A stretch of 63,862 nt of DNA, filler included, from Octopus bimaculoides (taxonomy: Eukaryota), in assembly GCF_001194135.2 (NCBI RefSeq). It is 4 parts of 4 records of this genome, joined end to end, with 100 filler letters (N's around TTAATTAATTAA, not from the genome) between each part and the next. Parts side by side here need not be neighbours in the genome. Positions count along the whole stretch, not along the records: positions 1 to 25,847 come from NC_068985.1; positions 25,948 to 55,451 come from NC_068986.1; 2 more parts are not named here. One strand, given 5' to 3'. The notes beneath the pieces are model-generated. The model was not told the DNA's origin and made no database searches. It worked only from the letters and a program-made list of their open reading frames with translations. Positions 22,445 to 33,985 of the stretch are shown here, piece by piece. A program made the position numbers and the translations under genes. Within the stretch, counting starts at the first letter, position 1. Each line of letters starts with the position of its first letter.

Positions 22445-22509
22445 TTTCAGGTCAGTGCTTGGAATCAATCTCGGAATTTTGGGGTTAGTAGCCCGCGCAC
22501 TTAACCACG
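22205..22509 (-). mobile_element. SINE-D: tRNA-like head + (AAT)n + hammerhead-bearing tail
   Basis: Head GTGGTTAAGTGCGCGGGCTACTAACCCCAAAATTCCGAGATTGATTCC (22449-22509), (AAT)n at 22375-22443, tail homologous to 42620-42770 and 42995-43195. Confidence 0.85.
22273..22318 (-). ncRNA. Minimal type I hammerhead motif in the SINE-D tail
   Basis: GACAC CTGATGA A GGCTG-(10 nt)-CAGCA GAAA CGT T GTGTT; core intact, closing pair of stem II mismatched. Confidence 0.65.
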
Positions 22510-23046
22510 GATCTTTCTGATCTTTCTATTTTTTATTTAGTTTTTATTTAGTGTGTTTTCTACCGAAACACTTTAAAACTTCGTATACTTGTACATTTTG
22601 TCTTATAGAACAGCGAAAAAGTTTTTGTATTTGAAGTCATTTCGTGTAAAATCATCTTATACTAACTTACTTATGTGCCCGCCTCATTGATTCTAATACG
22701 GACATTCGGACCTCGCAAGTACATCTATGTATTTATATTTATGGTGTTTATATATATATATTTAATTTTTTTATATATTTATGAATTTTTATATATTCAT
22801 AAATCCTTGCATGTATGTGTGTTTCTAAATTCTTATAAATTTTTATCATGTCTCATATACGTGAACGCATCTATGTATATTGTATATTGTGGAGAATTTC
22901 GATAATTTGAAATGTATTGAATGAATACATACACTGACCTTTGAAATTTGTTTCTCTCTTTCTTAATTTTATATTTCTGAAGCTCCATTAGAGCGCTAAT
23001 TGGTTGATCTCTATCAAGTGGATAACTATGCCATTTATGCCTTCAT

Positions 23047-23099
<53 letters not shown>

Positions 23100-23464
23100 A
23101 TGATTTACCGCAAAACAATAGAATCATAACAGATTCTATAATATACTGATCAAATTAGACACAGCGAGAGCAAGAAAGCCGAATAAAATATCAAAACAAA
23201 ATGACGACTTCGTATTTGTTGATTGAAACTTCAAACGACAGAATTCTGCAGAATCCACAACTCATGAAAGAACAACAAGGTTATATAACTAATCAAAGTA
23301 ACTAGTATGATTCATAGTACAAGATTCTTCAAATGTTTCTAAAAGTATGTAGTAGTTTTTCGGCCTACTGCATTTTATACTGGTTGAAAGGCACCTTTAT
23401 TATGAATATTTATTTATACATATATAGGTATAAATAACTATATGTATATATGTATGTAGATATA

Positions 23465-23504
<40 letters not shown>

Positions 23505-23527
23505 NNNNNNNNNNNNNNNNNNNNNNN

Positions 23528-23603
<76 letters not shown>

Positions 23604-25157
23604 TATATATAGGAATATGTGTGTGTGAGCGTGTGTGTCTTTGTGTGTGCGTACGTATGTTATATACACACGTATATCTTTTGTCGAATATGCGTGTGTA
23701 GATACATATGGATGTATGCATGAACACCTGCATTTATATGTGAATTTGTATACGCACTGGCGTATATAGTGTCGATAAACAACAGCTAAATTTGATGCGA
23801 TACGATCAAAGTAACGGCTAGGTAGATCATCCTGTTATAGTTCACATCAGATATTGTCAACAACCATCTGTTCTTTCTATTTCATCTTGCTCAAATCTAC
23901 ATATAAAAGCTTCTTCTCTACCTCCCTCCTGTCTCCTCTCTCTCTGTTTTTTGTTTTTCGCTCCCGATTTTACTTATTGCCATCCCTCAAAACGCGGGTT
24001 TCATAATATATATATATATCTTCACTATTGGATGATATCGTCTGCCAGAGGTCATACTTTTGGTTTTGTATCAATGATATCATTTCGCTCTATAATATTA
24101 CGGAGGTATTTTTACTCGAAAATTTATCATTAGTTTCATTGCATTATCATTGAGATAAGGCCAGATGCCGTACCTTACTTGATAATCTTACAGACAGACA
24201 TGTGCATACATAGATACATGTTGCTGTAAGAATTGTTTGAAATATCTCAGTTTACACTCCTGCATCAATTATGCTTTGCATCCCAGGGAATCATCTGGAT
24301 AAATTATCTTTAAAACTGTACACATGTATAGGCGAATACGAGAGGTTTAAATTCAATACAATGCAATGATCTAATGAAATATAGATTAACGTTAAACTGA
24401 AAGATGATCACAGAACAGAAAGAAGGGGGAAGCACGAAAGCGTGTTTAAATTTCTATTCCATGTTCTTTTATGCTTTTTTTGTTCACCAGTACACAAAAA
24501 AAACATTTCATTCAAAATGTAACAAGGAAGGCACGGACTAAAATTCAATTATTTCCTTGTAAAACTGAAAATAAAGATATCATAATATCATTAGTGATAT
24601 GCGAATCTAAATCGAACGAAAATGATATCAAGAAAGATATCCGAACAGATGTTTTTTTGTTTTGTTTTTTCCTTATCAGGAATTCTTACTTTGAAACCAG
24701 AAGCCCTATCATGCAGACGTAAGCTGGAAAGAAGATAAGAAGAAATAAGAAGTATGCTAAACCTAAAATAATTCTAGAAAAATACCAAGAATATAGGTAA
24801 TTGCTATGGGAACCTAACAAGGCAAGACATAAAATCAATGGACTATTTTATATTTAGATCTAGATATTTTTTTTCCGTTCGACTCTAATTTCAAGGAATT
24901 TGTAACAGAAGGAATAAATAGATGTTGACGATTAGCAAAATTGGATAGTTTTAATGAAAGAAAAGATCAACGATATTAAGCTGATATTAATCTTCATCCG
25001 ATTATTTTCTGTCCATTATCTCACAGCCAATGTAAGTTTATGCATGGCCTGTTTATATACATGACAAAAAATTGTTTGTAAATGATGAGTATACAGACAC
25101 ACACCATTATATATATGTGTGTGTGGGTGTGCGTGCGCATGTGCATGTGTGTGTGTA

Positions 25158-25383
25158 CAGTAATCACTCACCACATCGCGGTTTACCAATCGCGCACTCA
25201 GTACATCGCGGTTCAGCTATCGCGGATTTTTTTTTTCTGACAAATTTATCTAACTTTATATCATGAAATCCTCAGTATACCTGGAATATCTGCGGTCGAC
25301 AGGTATTTAAATTTTCTTAGATTTTTAATTATTTCTGTGGGAGGTTTTGGAACGCAACACCCGCGATAGTCGAGGGAAAACTG
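25158..25383. mobile_element. Tigger-like MITE
   Basis: TA|CAGTAATCACTCACCACATCGCGG ... CCCGCGATAGTCGAGGGAAAACTG|TA. Confidence 0.75.
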
Positions 25384-25404
25384 TATATATATATATATTC
25401 TTTT

Positions 25405-25570
25405 ATTTCTTTCAGTCATTTGACTGGCGCCATGCTGGAGCACCGCCTTTAGTCGAGCAAATCGATCCCAGAACTTACTGTTGGTAAGCCTAGTACTTAT
25501 TCTATCGGTCTATGTTGCCGAACCAGCATCGGTTGTCAAGCGATGCTGGAGGAACAAACACAGACACACA
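25405..25570 (-). mobile_element. SINE-B 3' part
   Basis: Reverse complement of the SINE-B 3' half. Confidence 0.85.
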
Positions 25571-25709
25571 AATATATACATACATACATACATACATATA
25601 TATATATATGTATATATATATAAGCAATGTTAATTCTCTAAATGAAGTATTAACAGTAACTGCACGATAAAGTGTAGTATATTGCCACTTAAGTGTGGCT
25701 GACCCCTAG

Positions 25710-25830
25710 GGGTGGATGTTACTGTTGCTTTTAGCCCCAGGAGGACATCTCCTCCAGCTGGCTTATCGACACACGACTGTGTCCTGTTTGCCAAGGGAGT
25801 TATCCCTCTCACCACGACCAGCAGCACGAA
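25710..25830. mobile_element. Single arm of the repeat that forms the 27821-28318 fold-back
   Basis: GTTACTGTTGCTTTTAGCCCCAGGAGGACATC...GACACAC..TGTGTCC shared with both arms. Confidence 0.7.
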
Positions 25831-25847
25831 CGTATCCGGATTTCAGG

Positions 25848-25947
25848 NNNNNNNNNNNNNNNNNNNNNNNNNNNNNNNNNNNNNNNNNNNNTTAATTAAT
25901 TAANNNNNNNNNNNNNNNNNNNNNNNNNNNNNNNNNNNNNNNNNNNN
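25848..25947. other. Artificial scaffold join: 44 N + TTAATTAATTAA + 44 N
   Basis: Same 100-bp construct at 55452-55551 and 60720-60819; the 12-mer gives stops in all six frames. Confidence 0.9.
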
Positions 25948-26283
25948 CTTCAGGTGATAAATTTCTTCCGTATTTATTAAATGCTTAATTTAATATTCAA
26001 AATGAAAGATTATATTCAATTCATTGATTAACCTCGTACTGCTTATATTTTTTTATGACCAATGGATGTAAGGGAGACAATCAATTTCTGAAAGTTACTT
26101 CGCAAAGAGTTACTTCCCTTCTCCACGTAACCCAGGAACGGGTGTTTTCTGCCCCCATGAGGCCCATTACTCATTATGTGGAAACTTTTATGAGTCTAAA
26201 ACCATCCCTGAAACAAGTGATATATGTTCCCAGTTTGGAGAAAATCAATTGAAAATCAGTTGACGAATACGGCCGTTATAATC

Positions 26284-26319
<36 letters not shown>

Positions 26320-27089
26320 ACATACACACATACACACACACACATATATATATATATACATATATCGCTTCTCTTCCCACATGACCGGTGTTCGGCCAAG
26401 CCTGACATTTCTTTCTTGGGCGGCCGTTGTGCGTGCAACATCGTTATTCCTCCCTGTGCCTGTGAAATCTTGTACCCCTGCCGTAAGGCCTTACTTCCAT
26501 ACACGCCAGCTTAATTTAATTTGTCTTTAGTTGAAAGACATCTGCTGTTATGTCCTGTTATTATTTTTATTATTTTTATTGTATTTGTGTGACATTGTTC
26601 GTTTTTCTTCCGTCCTTGCTTTTGTATACATTCGGTGCTTTCATCCAAAGAATCTAATGCTCTTAGCTTAGTTTTTCCTTGGGGCTGGCCAGATTGGGGC
26701 ACTCTCGAGTATAACCATCCGAAATTGCAAGGATAATCTGGATCATGACTGAAGAGAGAAAACTCCGAATGACCTTTCCGTGTTTTCTTTGTATCGTCTA
26801 TTTGGATGTTTTGTCCCTTTCTTGTATCACCTAACTGTCTGGATGTTTTGCGTCCTTGTCCCATTCTGTATTATATATATAATTTATTTATATATATAAA
26901 TCTATCTATTTCTATCTCAAACTCACATTTTATTCATGTTTATGTCTCTTTTTCCCTTTTTCTCTTTTTCTATCATTCTGTCTTTCTCTCTCTCTTTCTC
27001 CCCCTCTCTTTCTTTCTGTTTTTTACTTCTCTCTTTCTCTCTTTCCTTTTCTCTGTACACACACACACACACACATCATCATCATCATC

Positions 27090-27662
27090 ATCATCATCAT
27101 CGTTTAACGTCCGCTTTCCATGCTAGCAAGGGTTGGACGATTTGACTGAGGACTGGTGAAACCGGATGGCAACACCAGGCTCCAGTCTAATTTGGCAGAG
27201 TTTCTACAGCTGGATGCCCTTCCTAACGCCAGCCACTCAGAGAGTGTAGTGGGTGCTTTTACGTGTCACCCGCACGAAAACGGCCACGCTCGAAATNNNN
27301 NNNNNNNNNNNNCAACGATCTTACTTGGCTTGCCGGGTCTTCTCACGCACAGCACATTTCCAAAGGTCTCGGTCAGTAGTCATCGCCTCGGTGAGGCCCA
27401 ATGTACGAAGGTCTTGCCTCACCACCTGGGCCTACCTCTTCCACGGGTTCCCTCAACTGTTAGGGTGTGGCACTTTTTCACGCAGCTATCCTCATCCATT
27501 CTCACCACATGTCCATACCAGCGCAATCGTCTCTCTTGCACACCACAACTGATGCTTCTAATGTTCAGCTTTTCTCTCAAGATACTTACACTCTGACGGG
27601 TATTCACATTGACATTACACATCCAACGGAGCATACTGGCTTCATTCCTTGCGAGCTTACGT
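27090..27662 (-). mobile_element. RTE-clade LINE 3' end (ORF C-terminus + 3' UTR + (GAT)n tail)
   Basis: EASMLRWMCNVNVNTRQSVSILREKLNIRSISCGVQERRLRWYGHVVRMDED...RGRGRPR; UTR contains GGAAGGGCATCCAGCTGTAGAAAC. Confidence 0.92.
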
Positions 27663-27820
27663 AACACATATATATATATATATTTATATATGCACATGTA
27701 TATATATATACACATAGAGAAAAACAATTTGTTTTAAATCGGTGAGTGAGATATATACAGTAACAGTTCTGAATAGTAATGTTTATATGCCAATAGAATG
27801 TGGCAGTCCTGTAAAACACG

Positions 27821-28318
27821 GTGTTACTGTTGTTTTAGCCCCAGGAAAACATCTTTTCCAGCTGTCTATTGACACATACTTTGTGTCCGTATAGCAATTT
27901 GCAAGGGAGGTCATCGATCTCTAGGCTTACGCGATACTCACAGAACTTTAGTTACTGGGTTGTTATCCATCCTCAGTTAGTCACAAAATGGTGACGAAAG
28001 ATTTCTCCACAAGCAAATGCTATTTATTCTATAAGTGACGCACAGTCGCTGATCTCTATAAGCGATTACTTTTCTCTGTACGAGATCAGTGACTTATAGA
28101 ATATATAACATTTACGAGTGGAGAGAGAGCTTTCGTCACCAACTTGTGATTATCTCACATTGAGGATGGGTCACCACCCAGAAACCTAAGGTCTGTGAGT
28201 ATCACGTAAGGCTAAAGATGGGAGCGATGACCTCCCTTGCAAATTGCTATACGGACACAGTGTGTGTCGATAGCCAGCAGGAAAAGATGTTTTCCTGGGG
28301 CTAAAGTAACAGTAACAT
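27821..28318. mobile_element. ~500-bp imperfect fold-back element
   Basis: Arms complementary from the termini (GTTACTGTTGTTTTAGCCCCAGG / CCTGGGGCTAAAGTAACAGTAAC) nearly to the centre (GGTGACGAAAG / CTTTCGTCACC; CTGATCT / AGATCAG). Confidence 0.8.
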
Positions 28319-28362
28319 CGTCCTTTACATGACTACCACATTCTGTTGACATATAAACATTA

Positions 28363-28432
<70 letters not shown>

Positions 28433-28625
28433 ATACACACATATACACATATATAAACTTTTGTTTATCCTCTTGTTACCTGTACCCTAATAGCATAGTA
28501 TGCTCGCATACCCATGCCCAGGGCTAAAACATAGATAAATGATATCGATGGTAAGAACGGATACTGTAATCCCTTACACAGTTATTCCAACCGCTAACTC
28601 TGCTTACCCATATATATATATATGT

Positions 28626-28838
28626 GTTATTTCTTTACTACCCACAAGGGGCTACACACAGAGGGGACAAACAAAGACAGACAAACGGATTAAGTCGATT
28701 ATATCGACCCCAGTGCGTAACTGGTACTTATTTAATCGACCCCGAAAGGATGAAAGGCAAAGTCGACCTCGGCGGAATTTGAACTCAGAACGTAGCGGCA
28801 GACGAAATACCGCTAAGCATTTCACCCATCGTGCTAAC
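28626..28838 (-). mobile_element. SINE-A variant with an alternative L1/Tx1-like 3' tail
   Basis: Normal head and centre, but tail TTGTCCCCTCTGTGTGTAGCCCCTTGTGGGTAGTAAAGAAATAA. Confidence 0.8.
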
Positions 28839-28872
<34 letters not shown>

Positions 28873-28922
28873 NNNNNNNNNNNNNNNNNNNNNNNNNNNN
28901 NNNNNNNNNNNNNNNNNNNNNN

Positions 28923-28972
<50 letters not shown>

Positions 28973-29032
28973 GTATATGTATATGTATGTATGTATGTAT
29001 GTATATATGTATGTATGTTTGTATATTATGTA

Positions 29033-29063
<31 letters not shown>

Positions 29064-29519
29064 TTATTTACATGTATGTATGTATACGTGCACACACACA
29101 CACACACACACAGGGTGACGGGTGGGGGTGAAAGCGAAAAAGAGATGCATAAACATGCATAAGATGTAAGTTTGAGTTTAGTTCTCAACTTATTGTGATG
29201 CTGAGTTTAGCATTGTTACCACTCGGAGTTTGACCCTTTATTATAAATCTGATTGATCCCAGCTCACCAAGGGTTAAACAGCAAGAACAACAACACGATG
29301 CTCAATGTTTTTCATACATCATGTCTCCACAACTACACCACCTCCCCCTGCCCACCCATATTACTGTTATGCACCACAAAGAAGGAGTTCATCAATGTTG
29401 TTGAAGCACAGATTGGCTCAGACACTTCATCATCATCATCATCATCATCATCAGTCCCTGGACATTACTGCCTCGAGTCCTAAGACTCGTACTCACAGGG
29501 TGACTCTTTTACAGACGAA

Positions 29520-29645
29520 TGGACTGGTGCAATGTAAACTGAAGGATATTGCTTAAGAAGACAACACACCACCCGGTCCAAGAATCGAAACCGCGATTTT
29601 GTGATCGTGAGTGCAACTTCTCAACCACTAGGCCGCACGCCTGAT
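29520..29645 (-). mobile_element. tRNA-SINE head fragment (SINE-C-related)
   Basis: GGCCTAGTGGTTGAGA...CGCGGTTTCGATTCTTGGACCGGG. Confidence 0.65.
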
Positions 29646-30289
29646 CTTGCACATGGTTATTAAATGCTCCAGCCATAACCATCCCATCAGTCTATCATTG
29701 TATTATAAAACGTATCCTTCCTTCTCTTGTTTTCTGCATTTTCATCAGCACAACTAAGGCAACAACTTTGGTTGCCATTTCTAGCAGGTTAATCTTCCAC
29801 CTAGACACTCCCGCGTACTTGTTGTTCTCCTAATTGTATTAAGTTGGTCCTAAGCAATGCCCCTCCTCCCTATCTTCGGGTATAAAGATTTAATGTCATC
29901 TCCAAATCATTGTACACAATCATTTTTCCCTTTCTGCGCTGGTTGTAAAGTACATCTGTGCGCGCACAGTTTCTCTTTGCCGCATAGATGCGCGCGCACA
30001 AGCGCACGGCTTCGAGGGGCAATTGGTCCTGAATTCGTTTTGTTATCAAGCATTTCTTAATGACATATGTACCAACAACAACAACAAATTAGATCACACT
30101 GCAATGAAAGACATTATGTGGTCGCTTAACCAGCGAGAAATAGCAGTCGTATTCCCCTCAAATGATAACTACCATTCAGAGAGTGACGAACGGAAGGCCT
30201 TTGATCTAAGTGGGTCCAATTGGGGCTGACCTAGGGCTAAACAACAGCATCAACAACAATCTCGAGTATTACTTTAATAACCACCGTAC

Positions 30290-30760
30290 ATTAACCAATA
30301 CTACCATCGCTACTATCACATTTCTACACCCTCACACTATCACCACAACACGCCTCCACCACCACTAACGCAGTATATCACATCACCACCACCACCACCA
30401 TAAACAACAAAAACAACAGCATTACAACAGGAACCTAACCAGTGCTACCATGTGAAACATCAATCCTACTACCACCACCACCGCCATCATTACTATAACC
30501 TCTTGTTCCTACTACTACCACCACCATCACCACAACAACAACAACAACAACCATTATCAATGTTTCATCGCTACCACCACACCCATAACACTAACATTGT
30601 TATCACAACCACTTCACAGCATGACCACCATTACTGCACACCGCCATCATTAGCAATGAATATTACCACAACCACAACTATCACTCCACCACCATCACCA
30701 CCACAAACGCCTTCACCTCTACCATCCTGACACCACCACCACCACCACCACCATAGCATA
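30290..30760. repeat. Cryptic (CAC/CAA/CAT)n low-complexity tract
   Basis: Degenerate triplet repeats; a similar tract lies at 39520-39720. Confidence 0.85.
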
Positions 30761-31085
30761 TCACTTAAAAAGTAGAGCAGGTGTTACTAAAATTAGATAA
30801 TGTGTTTATGAAGTCACAGAGATCGGTATCAGCTTGGTATTTCTGATGCTCCACCCGTATATATACCCCTGTTCCTCCCCCCCTTTGCTACACCTACCAC
30901 CAGAACATGTCTTACTCTATCTCTCACCCTTACCTTCCGTAACCCGCCGCTCCACCCGAACACGTGAAATAGGGCGAACAGTGAATGAAAACTCTTTCTT
31001 TCTGTATATCGAACGTGTGCGTACGTGTAGAGGTGTATATATATACGTGTGTGCGTATGTGTATGTGTACATATGTATATACATA

Positions 31086-31143
<58 letters not shown>

Positions 31144-31760
31144 NNNNNNNNNNNNNNNNNNNNNNNNNNNNNNNNNNNNNNNNNNNNNNNNNNNNNNNNN
31201 NNNNNNNNNNNNNNNNNNNNNNNNNNNNNNNNNNNNNNNNNNNNNNNNNNNNNNNNNNNNNNNNNNNNNNNNNNNNNNNNNNNNNNNNNNNNNNNNNNNN
31301 NNNNNNNNNNNNNNNNNNNNNNNNNNNNNNNNNNNNNNNNNNNNNNNNNNNNNNNNNNNNNNNNNNNNNNNNNNNNNNNNNNNNNNNNNNNNNNNNNNNN
31401 NNNNNNNNNNNNNNNNNNNNNNNNNNNNNNNNNNNNNNNNNNNNNNNNNNNNNNNNNNNNNNNNNNNNNNNNNNNNNNNNNNNNNNNNNNNNNNNNNNNN
31501 NNNNNNNNNNNNNNNNNNNNNNNNNNNNNNNNNNNNNNNNNNNNNNNNNNNNNNNNNNNNNNNNNNNNNNNNNNNNNNNNNNNNNNNNNNNNNNNNNNNN
31601 NNNNNNNNNNNNNNNNNNNNNNNNNNNNNNNNNNNNNNNNNNNNNNNNNNNNNNNNNNNNNNNNNNNNNNNNNNNNNNNNNNNNNNNNNNNNNNNNNNNN
31701 NNNNNNNNNNNNNNNNNNNNNNNNNNNNNNNNNNNNNNNNNNNNNNNNNNNNNNNNNNNN

Positions 31761-31799
<39 letters not shown>

Positions 31800-32236
31800 C
31801 ATACACATAATACATAATGTTAACAACCAACGACTTAACATAATGTAAGAGATCAAAGACAAAAGATTATCTCTGCCGGATTAATGAGAAATCTATAGTT
31901 ACTACAAGCGGTGCTGTAAGTTAAGATTTATACCTGTGGTTATTTGGGACTCTTTGGTTATGTAACTCATTAGTGCAGCACAAGTCTTGAGAAACTAGTA
32001 GTTAAGGAAGCAGAAAAGACACGGCTAATTAAGACTTTACAATTGCAAGTCATTAGTGGAACTGCGAGAAGATGGAAAACATTGCGGCTTTCAGATACGT
32101 TAGAATTATGTCTTACACACGTGTAGGTCTACAAAGATGTATATGGGCTGATTATACCTATACATCTATACATGTGATGATATGCGTGACTGCTTGTGGA
32201 CATTCCATTTATAATAAAATATAATATGATCTAACA

Positions 32237-32295
<59 letters not shown>

Positions 32296-32319
32296 GTATT
32301 TGTGTGTGTATGTGTATGT

Positions 32320-32500
32320 TTGTGTGTCTGTGTATGTCCCCCTACTATCGCTTGACAACCGATGATGGTATGTCTACGTCCCCGTAACATAGCGGTTCGG
32401 CGTAAGAAACCGATAGAATAAGTACTAGTCTTGGGGTCGATTTGTTCAACTAAAGACAGGGCTCAGCATGGCCGCAGTCAAATAAGTGAAACAAGTAAAA
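32320..32500 (+). mobile_element. SINE-B 3' part
   Basis: CATCGCTTGACAACCGATG...GCATGGCCGCAGTC...GAAACAAGTAAAA. Confidence 0.85.
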
Positions 32501-33489
32501 AAATAAAAGAATGTATATATATAATATATGTATGTATGTATGTATGTATGTATATATACACACATGCATATATTCATACATAGATGCACTCACATACATA
32601 CACACATACACACATACACACATACACACACATACATAGTGACATATACACAGATATAGAGATATAATATAAGCAATCATTATGGTTAAGGAAACTAGAA
32701 AAAATATAAATAATCGCCGTCACAAGATATTTAAAAGTCCGTAAGATGAGTAATGGGTGTACATCCTTCCCACTGCAGGCCATGGGAAAATTAACAGAAA
32801 TGTGTACAGAGATTCTACACCAGGAAATCTTTAGGAGAAATGAATTGCTTCAAAACATGAGCTGAACATGGTAAGTTTGAAAGTCTGTAATACATAAGCT
32901 TGTTTCTGTTCGACAAACTACGTATAAAAGGTTAAAGAAAAACAACGTTTTAGTAAAACGAACACAGGAAGATCTTGGATTGTTTTAGTCTCAGAGCTGG
33001 AATTAAAGGGACGATTTTAATCAGAGGGCATCATGATTAAGAAAGACTACTCAATCAATAAAAAACAGTAAAGCATATATAATCGACGCTGGACTTTTAT
33101 GAAAGCAGTTGAGAAGTTGCATGGTTGGAAGGGAGCGAGAACAGGATTTAATAGTTACATAGACTGGCACAAAATGTCAGTGTTTTACAGAATGTCAATG
33201 TATATTTTAAAGGACAAGTATAAGGTTTGCACAAGCTGTTGAAGTTACTGCGGTTGGCAAATGTACCAGACGGCTTTATTGTTGTTATTGAAGTCTCACA
33301 AAAAGCACAATGACTGTCTTCAGTGTTAGAAATATTTGAAAAGCTATATTCCAAGGAGACAGACTGTACTAGTTTTGGCTCCTAAATTCATTGCTATTGT
33401 CTAAACGGAACCCACAGTTTCTTTGTGGATGATGTAGAACTTAAGTATGGCCATTCAGGTGATCAGAAAAGCTCCAAAAGACGAAGACT

Positions 33490-33800
33490 TTATGCTATTG
33501 AATCTTGCACGTATCTATGGATCCATACATCATAAGCTAGTTGAAAAATAGGCACCATCCCTCGGACAGATTCAGAGATTTTATTCTGGATTATGACAAC
33601 AGCTTCTGGCTGAGAGTCTCTGCTGCTTTTACATCGGAATGGCACCAGCTCGAGAAGGGCCTTATCACCCGATGTACCATTTCAGTGGGATTTTTTTTGC
33701 ACTTGCGATCAACAAGCTGGTAAAATCAGCCGAAGTATAGACGGTTGCTCACCATATCTGGTATCAGCCAGAACCATTTAGGTCTTTATGAATGACCTGT
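33490..33800 (+). mobile_element. HERO-like (RLE-type) LINE reverse transcriptase relic
   Basis: LNLARIYGSIHHKLV / RHHPSDRFRDFILDYDNSFWLRVSAAFTSEWHQLEKGLITRCTISV / ALAINKLVKSAEV / FMNDL, with frameshifts; resembles DLANAYGSIPHKL...GIITGCTISV...AFMDDL. Confidence 0.75.
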
Positions 33801-33919
33801 GATAAAAACATCCGTCATGTGGGACAGGAGAGTCCAAAAGTGCCTGGAAGAATTGATCATTTTGGTCTGCTCTTACATTCTGAGTTCAAATGCCGCCAAC
33901 CCTTTTGCTCGCCGCTGCC

Positions 33920-33974
<55 letters not shown>

Positions 33975-33985
33975 GTAATAATAAT

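Noticed and set aside
25892-25903. TTAATTAATTAA islands inside gaps (also 55496-55507 and 60764-60775) as a biological motif
   Set aside because: Each is centred in an exact 44N+12+44N construct, so it is an assembly linker
26749-26775. CTGAAGA GAG AAAA CTC CGAATGACC hammerhead-like remnant (similar weak case near 56232)
   Set aside because: Only the 5' box and stem II are present; the GAAA, stem III and cleavage site are not recoverable
30452-30730. His/Gln/Pro/Thr-rich ORF as a transcription-factor low-complexity exon
   Set aside because: Degenerate CAC/CAA triplet tract with no splice support or conserved domain
33148-33354. HCAFCE...KPYTC as a C2H2 zinc finger
   Set aside because: Cys/His spacing is wrong and the paired histidines are missing
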